From contig JAKOVQ010000003.1 of assembly GCA_029781975.1 (NCBI GenBank), forward strand, positions 188,034 through 252,033: a DNA stretch of 64,000 nt, read 5' to 3'. Under the pieces are notes generated by a model that was not told where the DNA came from, did no database searches, and worked only from the letters and a program-made list of their open reading frames with translations. Shown in pieces: positions 48,627 through 57,290 of this stretch; the first letter of the stretch is position 1; each line of letters starts with the position of its first letter. Source of the stretch: Acidobacteriota bacterium (GTDB lineage: Bacteria; Acidobacteriota; Thermoanaerobaculia; UBA5066). The translations under genes and the position numbers were made by a program.

Positions 48627-50555
48627 ATGGTGGGCCTCGTCCCGGTCCCGTTTGCCGTGCTGCTCCGGCGGCTCGCCGCCGAGGGGCGCCGGGGCGGTTC
48701 CGTCTACGGCCTCCCGGCCACCTCGTGGTGGGTCCCGGCCCCGGGCCTCGACCTCTCCGCGACGCTGCCTGGCGGGCCGGCCGCCACCCCCGTCGGTCCC
48801 GCCGACGGACCGCAGACGCAGCTCGCCGCGAACGTCGTCGTGGCCTGGCTCGCCGGGGGGCGCGTGGTCGAGCTGCGGACGGTCGAGGAAGGGGCACGGA
48901 GCCCCGCCGCGGCCCGGACGATCCACGCGGCAGGCGCCGTCCTGAGGACCGAAGGGGGGGCGGGGCTGGAGCCCGAGGCGGCCCTCCGCGAGTACGCGAA
49001 GGCCGCCTGCCTCGTCGAGGTCCTGAGGGCGACGCGGGCCTTCGGGAGGCTCGACGCCTCGGCGCTCGACACCCTTTTCGACGCCGGCGTCCGCGGAGAC
49101 CTCGAGGGGATCTCCTCCCCCGCCGTTCAGGGCTTCCTCGACGGCCTGGCCGACCCCACGGCGCTCTACGACGAGCTGCGGGAGGAGGTCCCCGACGACC
49201 TCGCCGCGTGGCGCGACCTCTCGCCCCCCGTTCCGCTCGCCTCGTCGATCACCTTCGAGCCGTCGCGGGGCTGTCCCGGGGACGAGGTGGAGCCGGTGCT
49301 CCGCCACCTGATGACGCGCGGGCTCGCGGTGTGGCTGAAGCTCTCCCCGGCGCTCCTGGGCCGCGAGGCGGTGGAGGAGCTCCTGCACCGGCGGCTCGGC
49401 TACCGGCAGCTGGCGCTCCTCCCGGACGCGTTCGACGACGGCCTCGCGTGGGACGAGACGGTTCCGCTGATCGAGCGGCTGAGGGAGACCTCGCGCGCGA
49501 CCGGCGTCCCGTTCGGGGTCAAGCTCGCCCGTCCGCTCCCGGTCCGCCGGGACCCCGCCCTCTTCCCGTCCGCCACCGGGACGGCGCTGGAGCTGTCGGG
49601 GCCGCCGCTCCACCTCCTCGCCCTGGCCCTTCTCGAGAGGCTCCGCGCGGCCGTCGGGCCCGACCTCCCCGTCTCCTTCTCCGCCGGAGCCGACGCGGGG
49701 AACCTCGCTGACACGCTCGCCTGCGGCGTCGCGCCCGTGACGCTCGGCGAGGATCTCCTGAAGCCGGGGGGCGCGGGGCGCCTCGCCCTCGCCCTCCGCG
49801 CGCTGGAGGCGGCGATGTCCGCCGCCGGTGCCCGCACCCTCCCGGAGCTCCTCCGCGCGGCGCCGCGGGACGCCGGCGCGTTCGCCGCGGCGGTGGCGGC
49901 CTCTCCCCGTTACCGGGCCGCGGCGGCCGGCGGCGCGCCCGGGGAGGAGGCGGCTTCGCTCCCCGTCCACGACTGCTCCGGCTGCGACGTCTGCCTCTCG
50001 GTCTGCCCGAACGCGGCCTTCTTCACCTACCGCTCGGAGCCCGTCGAGGTCGTGACCGTCCTGGCGACGGCCGCCCCCGGAGGCCGCGTGACCCTGGGGC
50101 CCGGCCGGGGCTTCGTCATTCGCGGCTCCGAGCAGACGGCCGTCGTGGCGGACCTCTGCGACGACTGCGGCAGCTGCGTCCCGTTCTGCCCGGAGGAGGG
50201 GGAGCCCCAGCACGTGAAGGAGCGGGTCTTCCTCGGCCTGGGCGCGTGGGAGGCGCTCCCCCCGCGCGACGGCTACCTCCGCGAGGGGAACGGGCTGCGC
50301 GCCCGGCTCCGCGGCGTCGAGCTCCGCTTCGTCCCCGACCCCGCGAACGACCGGGCCGTCGTGAGCGGCGGCGGCCTCGAGCTCCTCTTCACCCTCTCGG
50401 GCCTCGAGCTCCTTGAGGCCCGCTCCGGCCGTCCGGGCGCCTCTTTCGACACGGCGGACGCGTGGCTGATGCGGATGGTCTGGCGCGGGCTCCTCGAGTC
50501 GGAGGCCCCGAGCTGGGTCGACCCCGACCCGGCCCGGGCGGAGGTGCGGGTGTGA
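48627..50555 (+). CDS. YgfK N-terminal-like (DHOD-like barrel) + 2x[4Fe-4S] protein; active-site motifs degenerate
   Basis: TPVGPADGPQTQL, GCPGDEVE, KLSPALLG, GVKL, SGPPLH, DLLKPGG scaffold; ferredoxin motifs CSGCDVCLSVCP and CDDCGSCVPFCP. Confidence 0.75.
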   Translation: MVGLVPVPFAVLLRRLAAEGRRGGSVYGLPATSWWVPAPGLDLSATLPGGPAATPVGPADGPQTQLAANVVVAWLAGGRVVELRTVEEGARSPAAARTIHAAGAVLRTEGGAGLEPEAALREYAKAACLVEVLRATRAFGRLDASALDTLFDAGVRGDLEGISSPAVQGFLDGLADPTALYDELREEVPDDLAAWRDLSPPVPLASSITFEPSRGCPGDEVEPVLRHLMTRGLAVWLKLSPALLGREAVEELLHRRLGYRQLALLPDAFDDGLAWDETVPLIERLRETSRATGVPFGVKLARPLPVRRDPALFPSATGTALELSGPPLHLLALALLERLRAAVGPDLPVSFSAGADAGNLADTLACGVAPVTLGEDLLKPGGAGRLALALRALEAAMSAAGARTLPELLRAAPRDAGAFAAAVAASPRYRAAAAGGAPGEEAASLPVHDCSGCDVCLSVCPNAAFFTYRSEPVEVVTVLATAAPGGRVTLGPGRGFVIRGSEQTAVVADLCDDCGSCVPFCPEEGEPQHVKERVFLGLGAWEALPPRDGYLREGNGLRARLRGVELRFVPDPANDRAVVSGGGLELLFTLSGLELLEARSGRPGASFDTADAWLMRMVWRGLLESEAPSWVDPDPARAEVRV

Positions 50556-51952
50556 GGACGCGGTTCGTCAACCTCCGCCTCCCCGCGGGAGGCGACGCGA
50601 CCGCGCCCTCCGAGCTCCTCGTCGAGGGGCCGCTCTTCTCCCGGATCGGCCGCGCGGGGGAGATCCCCGCGCCGGAAGGGACGGTGACGGTCGACCTGGG
50701 AGGCGCCCTCGTCCTGCCGGGCGTGATCGACGGGCACGTCCACTTCGACGACCCCGGCTTCACGCACCGCGAGACGTTCGCCACCGGGACGCGCGCGGCC
50801 GCGGCCGGCGGGGTGACGTGCGTCGTCGACATGCCGTGCACGTCGCTCCCGCCGGTGACGAGCGCGGAGCGCCTCGCCGGCAAGCTCGCGGCGGTCGCGC
50901 CGAAGGCGCACGTCGACTACATGATGTGGGGCGGCGTCTCGGGCAACGCCGTCGCGGAGGGGGACTGGCGGCGCGACGTGGCCGGGCTCGCCGGCGCGGG
51001 CGTCGCCGCGTTCAAGCTCTACATGCTCTCGGGGATGGAGACGTTCCGCGACCTGACGCCGGAGGAGCTCCGCGAGGCGCTCGCGGCCGCCGCCGCGGCC
51101 GGGGTGCCGGCCGGCGTCCACGCCGAGGCGAAGGGAGAGGTGCTCGAGAGGACGGAGCGCCTCCGCGACGGGGGGCACGACGGCCCGCTCGCCTACGCCG
51201 ACTCCCGCCCCGCCGCCGTCGAGGTCTCGGCCGTGAAGCTCCTCGCGTCCCTGGCGCGGGAGACCGGCGCGCGGGCGCACGTCGTCCACGTGGCGGCCGG
51301 CGACGCGCTCGACGCCGTGGCCGAGGCCCGCCGCTCGGGCGTGGCCCTCTCGGCCGAGACGTGCCCCCACTACCTCGCCTTCACGCGCGACGACCTCGAG
51401 GCGCAGGGGTCGGTCCTGAAGACGGCGCCCGTCGTGAAGGGGGCCGCCGACCGCGACCGGCTCTGGCGCGGCCTCGCGAGCGGCGACGTCCAGCACGTGG
51501 CCACCGACCACGCCGCCGGGGAGTGGCCGCGCGAGAAGACGACCGGGTCGATCTGGACCGACTACGGGGGCGTCCCCGGCGTGGAGCTGCTCCTCCCGTT
51601 CCTCTTCTCGGAGGGAGTGGGGAAGGGACGGGTCACGCTGGAGCGCCTCACCGAGCTCCTCTCGGCGGCCCCGGCCCGCTTCTTCGGCGTGGCGTCGCGG
51701 AAGGGGCGGATCGCCGAGGGGCTCGACGCCGACTTCACCGTCCTCGACGACGGGGCGGCCTTCACGGTCCGCGCGGAGGAGCTCCACAACCTGAACCGGT
51801 ACACCCCGTTCGAGGGGTGGAGCCTCACCGGACGCGTGCGGCAGACCTGGGTGCGCGGGACGAGGGTCTTCGCGCGGGCGGACGACGGGAGCGAGAGCTT
51901 CGGTCCCGCAGGGGGGGGCCGCTTCGTCAGGCGGCAGGAGCCGACGGGATGA
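50552..51952 (+). CDS. Allantoinase/dihydropyrimidinase-family cyclic amidohydrolase
   Basis: GTG overlaps the previous stop; IDGHVHFDDPG, AGGVTCVVDMP, FKLYM, VHAE, HVVH, ETCPHYL, ATDHA, GRIAEGLDADF. Confidence 0.88.
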   Translation: MRTRFVNLRLPAGGDATAPSELLVEGPLFSRIGRAGEIPAPEGTVTVDLGGALVLPGVIDGHVHFDDPGFTHRETFATGTRAAAAGGVTCVVDMPCTSLPPVTSAERLAGKLAAVAPKAHVDYMMWGGVSGNAVAEGDWRRDVAGLAGAGVAAFKLYMLSGMETFRDLTPEELREALAAAAAAGVPAGVHAEAKGEVLERTERLRDGGHDGPLAYADSRPAAVEVSAVKLLASLARETGARAHVVHVAAGDALDAVAEARRSGVALSAETCPHYLAFTRDDLEAQGSVLKTAPVVKGAADRDRLWRGLASGDVQHVATDHAAGEWPREKTTGSIWTDYGGVPGVELLLPFLFSEGVGKGRVTLERLTELLSAAPARFFGVASRKGRIAEGLDADFTVLDDGAAFTVRAEELHNLNRYTPFEGWSLTGRVRQTWVRGTRVFARADDGSESFGPAGGGRFVRRQEPTG

Positions 51953-53310
51953 TCCAGAAGAGGACGCTGATCGGGAACGGGACGGTCGTCACGGGCGGGG
52001 CGCGCCCGCAGATCGTGCCGCAGGGGGCGGTGCTGATCTCGGGCGGCCGCGTCGAGGCCGTCGGGGAGATGGAGGCGCTGGAAGGACGCGCGCGGGACGC
52101 CTGGCTCCTCGACGCCCGCGGCGGCCTCATCCTGCCGGGCTTCGTCAACCTCCACCACCACTTCTACTCGGCGCTGGCCCGCGGGCTCGACCCGGGGTTC
52201 CGCCCGTCGGGGTTCGCCGACGTCCTCCGCCAGCTCTGGTGGAGGCTCGACCGGGCGCTCGACCGGGACTCCGTCCGCCTCTCGGCGCTCCTGACCCTCG
52301 CCGACTGCATCCGGTGGGGCTGCACGACGGTCTTCGACCACCACGCCTCGCCCTCCTGCATCCCCGGCATCCTCGACGTCCTCGCCGGCGCGGTGGAGGA
52401 GGCCGGCCTCTCGGCCGTCCTCTGCTACGAGGTGACCGACCGGAACGGCGCCGCCGCCGCGCGCGCGGGGCTCGAGGAGAACCTCCGCTTCCTCTCGGGG
52501 CGGGACGCCGGGCGGGTCCGCGGGGCCCTCGGCCTCCACGCCAGCTTCACGCTCCGCGACGAGACGCTGGCGGAGGCGGGGCGCCGCCGCCCCGCGGGCG
52601 CCGCGTGTCACGTCCACGTGGCCGAGGACCCCGTCGACGTCGCCTTCTCCGTCGAGACCTTCGGCGCCGGGCCGATCGCGCGGCTCGACCGCGCGGGGCT
52701 CCTCGACGAACGGACGATCGTCGCGCACGGCATCCACCTCCCCGAGGCCGAGCTCGACCTCGCCATCCGCCGCGGGGCGGTCCTCGTCCACAACCCCGAG
52801 TCGAACATGAACAACGGCGTGGGGCGGTTCGACCCGCTCGCGGCCGCCGAGCGCGGCGCCACCATCGGCCTCGGGACCGACGGGATGTCCTCCTCGATGC
52901 TCCGGGCCCTGCGGGCGGCCTTCCTCGCCCTGCGCGACGGGCGCCGCGACCCGGGGGCCGGCTTCACCGTCCTCCCCGGCCTCCTCCTGTCGAACGCCCT
53001 CCTCGCCCGCCGCCTCCTCGACGAGCCCCACCTGGGCGAGCTCGTCCCCGGCGCTCCGGCGGACGTCGCGGTCGTCGACGCACCGCCGCCGACCCCGCTC
53101 ACCGTCGCGAACCTCTTCGGGCACCTCGTCTACGGCGCCGCCGAGGCACCCGTCCGCCACACCGTCGCCCGCGGCGTCGTCCTCATGGAGAACTTCCAGC
53201 TCACCACGCTCGACCCCGCCGCGCTCGCCGCCGAGGCGCGACGGACGGCGCCCGACGTCTGGAGGCGCTTCGCCGCCCTCGACGCCCGGACCCCGTTCGT
53301 CGCCCCCTGA
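51949..53310 (+). CDS. ssnA: SsnA-type aminohydrolase
   Basis: LPGFVNLHHHFYSALARG, LWWRLDRALD, GCTTVFDHHAS, HNPESNMNNGVG, LGTDG. Confidence 0.85.
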   Translation: MIQKRTLIGNGTVVTGGARPQIVPQGAVLISGGRVEAVGEMEALEGRARDAWLLDARGGLILPGFVNLHHHFYSALARGLDPGFRPSGFADVLRQLWWRLDRALDRDSVRLSALLTLADCIRWGCTTVFDHHASPSCIPGILDVLAGAVEEAGLSAVLCYEVTDRNGAAAARAGLEENLRFLSGRDAGRVRGALGLHASFTLRDETLAEAGRRRPAGAACHVHVAEDPVDVAFSVETFGAGPIARLDRAGLLDERTIVAHGIHLPEAELDLAIRRGAVLVHNPESNMNNGVGRFDPLAAAERGATIGLGTDGMSSSMLRALRAAFLALRDGRRDPGAGFTVLPGLLLSNALLARRLLDEPHLGELVPGAPADVAVVDAPPPTPLTVANLFGHLVYGAAEAPVRHTVARGVVLMENFQLTTLDPAALAAEARRTAPDVWRRFAALDARTPFVAP

Positions 53311-53350
53311 CCCCAGCCGCGAACCGGGGCCCCGCACGAAAGGACCGCCC

Positions 53351-54838
53351 GTGACCGACCCGAACCGAGACGCCGTCCGCAGCCGCGCCGTCGCGCGCTG
53401 CCGCCAGAAGGGAATCCTGATCCCGCGGATCGCCGAGCAGCGCGACCCGTCGCTCGTCGACCCGGCCGTGGCCGCGCTCCTCCCGGGAGTCGACATGCAG
53501 GCCGTCGACCCGCTCAACCTCTTCCGGATCACCTGGCACAACGACCCCGCGACGGGCGGGTTCGGGCCGGTCGACGCCCTCGAGCTCCCGTCCGCGCTCA
53601 CCGGGGTCCCGGCCCGGATCGCCGGCCTCGTCGGGAAGCACTTCCCGACCGGGGCGCACAAGGTGGGGGCGGCGTTCGGCTGCCTCGTCCCGCGGCTCGT
53701 CAGCGGGGAGTTCGACCCGACCTCGCAGAAGGCGGTCTGGCCGTCGACGGGGAACTACTGCCGCGGGGGGGCGTTCGACAGCGCGCTCCTCGGCTGCACC
53801 GCGCTGGCCATCCTCCCGGAGGAGATGAGCCGGGAGCGGTTCGACTGGCTCGCCTCGATCGGCGCCGAGATCCTCGCGACCCCCGGCTGCGAGAGCAACG
53901 TGAAGGAGATCTTCGACGCCTGCTGGGACATCAAGAAGACGCGGAAGGACTGCGTCGTCTTCAACCAGTTCGAGGAGTGGGGGAACTACCTCTGGCACTG
54001 GTCGGTCACGGCCGCCGCTGCCGAGGAGGCGTTCGGCCGGCTCCCGGGGGAGCACAAGCGCTTCGCGGCCTGGGTCGGCGCGACGGGGTCGGCCGGGACC
54101 CTCGCGGCCGGGGACGGCCTGAAGCAACGCTTCGCGGGCCTGACCGTCACCGCGGCCGAGGCGCTCCAGTGCCCCACGCTCCTCCTCAACGGCTTCGGCG
54201 GCCACCGGATCGAGGGGATCGGCGACAAGCACGTCCCCTGGATCCACAACGCCAGGAGCACCGACCTCGTGACGGCGGTCGACGACGAGGCGGCCCTCCG
54301 CGTCTTCCGCCTCTTCAACGAGCCCGCGGGGCAGGCGGTGCTCGCACGGCGCGGCGTCGCGCCCGAGGTCGTCGAGCGGCTGCCGCTCCTCGGGATCTCG
54401 AGCGTCTGTAACGTCCTGGCGGCGATCCGGACCGCCCGCTGGTACGAGCTGGGGAGCGAGGACGTCCTCCTCACCTCGTTCACCGACTCCTCGTCGCTCT
54501 ACCTGACCCGCCTGGCCGAGATGACGAAGGAGCGGGGCCCGCTGTCCGAGGCGCGGGCCGAGGCCGACTTCGACCGGTTCCTCCTCGGCTGCTCCCCCGC
54601 CGACACGCGCGAGCTGACCTACCCCGACCGCAAGGCGATCCACAACCTGAAGTACTTCACCTGGGTCGAGCAGCAGGGGAGGACCGTGGACGAGCTGAAC
54701 GCCCTCTGGTCCCCCTCGTTCTGGACCGACCTGCAGCAGCAGCTCCCCGAGTGGGACCGCGCCATCGACGCCTTCAACGCGGAGAGCGGCGCGCTCGAGA
54801 TCGTGAAGCTCCGCGCGGCCGTCGCGGCCGGCGCGTGA
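53351..54838 (+). CDS. Uncharacterised fold-type II PLP-dependent enzyme (495 aa)
   Basis: FPTGAHKVG (PLP Lys), PSTGNYCRG, GSAGTL phosphate loop, HRIEGIGDKH. Confidence 0.8.
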   Translation: MTDPNRDAVRSRAVARCRQKGILIPRIAEQRDPSLVDPAVAALLPGVDMQAVDPLNLFRITWHNDPATGGFGPVDALELPSALTGVPARIAGLVGKHFPTGAHKVGAAFGCLVPRLVSGEFDPTSQKAVWPSTGNYCRGGAFDSALLGCTALAILPEEMSRERFDWLASIGAEILATPGCESNVKEIFDACWDIKKTRKDCVVFNQFEEWGNYLWHWSVTAAAAEEAFGRLPGEHKRFAAWVGATGSAGTLAAGDGLKQRFAGLTVTAAEALQCPTLLLNGFGGHRIEGIGDKHVPWIHNARSTDLVTAVDDEAALRVFRLFNEPAGQAVLARRGVAPEVVERLPLLGISSVCNVLAAIRTARWYELGSEDVLLTSFTDSSSLYLTRLAEMTKERGPLSEARAEADFDRFLLGCSPADTRELTYPDRKAIHNLKYFTWVEQQGRTVDELNALWSPSFWTDLQQQLPEWDRAIDAFNAESGALEIVKLRAAVAAGA

Positions 54839-54864
54839 GAGGCGAGACGAGGAGAGGAGACGAG

Positions 54865-56109
54865 ATGACGACGACGACCGGGACGGCGGCGAAGACCTCG
54901 GGAGCCGAGGCCCTCGCGGCCGCGCGCCTCCACCAGGACGACATCGTGAGGTTCCTCCGCGACCTGATCGCGATCCCCGCCGAGAGCGGGAAGGAGCGGG
55001 CTCGCTGCCACCGGGTGAAGGACGAGTACGACAGGCTCGGCCTCGACGAGACCTGGTTCGACGGCCTCGGGACGGTGGTCGCGCGCGTGGGGAACGGTCC
55101 CCTGAAGGTCCTGATGGACGGCCACATCGACTGCGTCGGCATCGGGGACCCGGCCTCCTGGGCGTTCGACCCGTTCGAGGGGAAGCTGGAGGACGGGAAG
55201 GTCTTCGGGAGGGGAGCCGTCGACGAGCTCCCCGCCATCGCCTGCATGGCGTACGGCGCGAAGCTCCTCAAGGAGAGGGGCGTCCCGCCCGAGCTGACGG
55301 TCTACCTCTCGGCGTCCGTCCTCGAGGAGGACCTCGACGGCCACTGCCTCCTCCACCTGATCGGGAAGGAGGGTCTCCGCCCCGACGCCGTCGTCCTGGG
55401 CGAGCCGACCGGCCTCGACGTCTACCGCGGGCACCGCGGCCGGATGGAGATGACCATCACGACCCGGGGGGTGGCGGCCCACGGCGCCCACGCGCAGCGG
55501 GGCGTGAACGCCCTCTACAAGGCGGCGCCGATCATCCTCGACGTCGAGAGGCTGAACGGCACGCTCCGGACCGACCCGTTCCTCGGGAAGGGGTCGATCA
55601 TCGTCTCGTACGTCGACGTGAAGACCCCCTCGATGTGCGCCGTCCCCGACCGGGCGACGATCTACCTGGACCGGCGCCTCACCGCGGGCGAGACGATCGA
55701 GACGGCCCTCGCGGAGGTGAAGGCCCTTCCGCACCTCGGCGACGCCGAGGTGGCCGTCCGGTCGTACGAGGGGACTGCCTGGACCGGGAAGAAGGTCGAG
55801 CAGGAGGCCTACTACCCGACCTGGGTCCTCCCCGAGGAGCACCCGCTCGTCCGGGGGACCGTCCAGGCCGTGGAGGCCGTCCTCGGGAGGAAGCCGAAGG
55901 TCTCCCGCTGGCACTTCTCGACGAACGGCGTCGCGTCGATGGGGCGCCTCGGCATCCCGTCGATCGGCTTCGCGCCGGGGCTCGAGGAGCTCTCCCACTC
56001 GACGGACGAGTGGGTCGCCGTCGACGACCTGGTGAAGGCGACAGCCGTCTACTCCCTCCTCCCCGAGACCCTCGCCGTCCTCGCCTCCGAGCTGAAGGCG
56101 AAGGGCTGA
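54865..56109 (+). CDS. ygeY: YgeY-family M20 hydrolase
   Basis: LMDGHIDCVG, GRGAVDE, SVLEED, GEPT, YRGHRGR, STNGV, GFAPGLEELSH. Confidence 0.85.
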   Translation: MTTTTGTAAKTSGAEALAAARLHQDDIVRFLRDLIAIPAESGKERARCHRVKDEYDRLGLDETWFDGLGTVVARVGNGPLKVLMDGHIDCVGIGDPASWAFDPFEGKLEDGKVFGRGAVDELPAIACMAYGAKLLKERGVPPELTVYLSASVLEEDLDGHCLLHLIGKEGLRPDAVVLGEPTGLDVYRGHRGRMEMTITTRGVAAHGAHAQRGVNALYKAAPIILDVERLNGTLRTDPFLGKGSIIVSYVDVKTPSMCAVPDRATIYLDRRLTAGETIETALAEVKALPHLGDAEVAVRSYEGTAWTGKKVEQEAYYPTWVLPEEHPLVRGTVQAVEAVLGRKPKVSRWHFSTNGVASMGRLGIPSIGFAPGLEELSHSTDEWVAVDDLVKATAVYSLLPETLAVLASELKAKG

Positions 56110-56131
56110 CCCTCCCGCCACGGAGCGAGAG

Positions 56132-57271
56132 ATGCAGACCTCCTCCCTCGAACGGCCCGTCCTCGAGCCCGCCGTCCTCGACCGCCTCTTCGGGCGGAGC
56201 CTCCTCCTGACCGACGACTACGACCAGACGGAGCTCGGGGCGCTCCTCGCCGTCGCGGCCCGCCTCGCGGCGCTCGACCGGGCCGGGACGAAGACCCCGT
56301 TCCTGCCCCACGAGCTCGCCTACGCCCTCTTCTTCGACAACTCGACGCGGACGAAGTCCGCCTGGGCCGGCGCCGCCGCCCGGCTCGGCATGCAGCCCGT
56401 CATCGTCGACGGCTCCTCGACGCAGATCGCCCACGGCGAGACGGCCGTCGAGACCGGCGCGATGCTCGGGATGAACGCCCACGCCCTCGGGGTCCGCCAC
56501 GACCTGATCCTCGGCGAGGGGAACTCCTTCATGCGCGACGTCAGGAAGGGGATCGACGACTACCTCGCGGCGACGGGCGACCCCCGGAAGGTCCCGATCG
56601 TCAACCTCCAGTGCGACGTCGACCACCCGACGCAGACGCTCGCCGACCTCTGCTGGCTCCTGGAGCGGTTCCCGGAGGGGCTCTCGGGGAAGCGGATCGC
56701 GATGTCGTGGGCCTACTCGCCCAGCTACGCCAAGCCCCTCTCCGTCCCGCAGGGGATCGCCATGCTGATGACCCGCTTCGGGGCGCACGTCACGCTGGCT
56801 CACCCCGACGGGTACTCTCTGATGGAGCCGTGCCTCGCGTCGGCGGCGCGGCACGCCGCCGAGTCGGGGGGCTCGTTCCGCGTCGTCGACTCGATGGACG
56901 AGGCCTTCCGCGACGCCGACGTCGTCTACCCCAAGAGCTGGGGGCCATACGACCTGATGCTCGAGCGCGTCGCCGCGAACCGGGCCCGCGACGCGAAGGC
57001 GATGGGGGAGATCGAGCGCCGCGCCCTCGAGCGGAACGCCCGGCACCGCGACTGGATCTGCGACGAGCGGCGGATGGCGCTGACGAAGGGGGGCGACGCC
57101 CTCTACATGCACTGCCTGCCGGCGGACATCGGAGCCGAGGTGTCGCCCGGCGTCATGGCGCGCCACACCGTGAACGTCGCCCGCGAGGCGAGCTGGAAGG
57201 TCCACGTGATCATGGCGCTCCTGGCGACGGCGAAGGTGCCGAACCTGGCGGAGAAGCTCGCGGCGGCGTGA
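56132..57271 (+). CDS. ygeW: YgeW-family knotted carbamoyltransferase
   Basis: FFDNSTRT, STQIAHGET, HPTQTLAD, SWAYSPSYAKPLSVPQG (YgeW signature), PKSW, MHCLPAD. Confidence 0.88.
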   Translation: MQTSSLERPVLEPAVLDRLFGRSLLLTDDYDQTELGALLAVAARLAALDRAGTKTPFLPHELAYALFFDNSTRTKSAWAGAAARLGMQPVIVDGSSTQIAHGETAVETGAMLGMNAHALGVRHDLILGEGNSFMRDVRKGIDDYLAATGDPRKVPIVNLQCDVDHPTQTLADLCWLLERFPEGLSGKRIAMSWAYSPSYAKPLSVPQGIAMLMTRFGAHVTLAHPDGYSLMEPCLASAARHAAESGGSFRVVDSMDEAFRDADVVYPKSWGPYDLMLERVAANRARDAKAMGEIERRALERNARHRDWICDERRMALTKGGDALYMHCLPADIGAEVSPGVMARHTVNVAREASWKVHVIMALLATAKVPNLAEKLAAA

Positions 57272-57290
57272 GCCCGCCGGCCAGGGGGCC

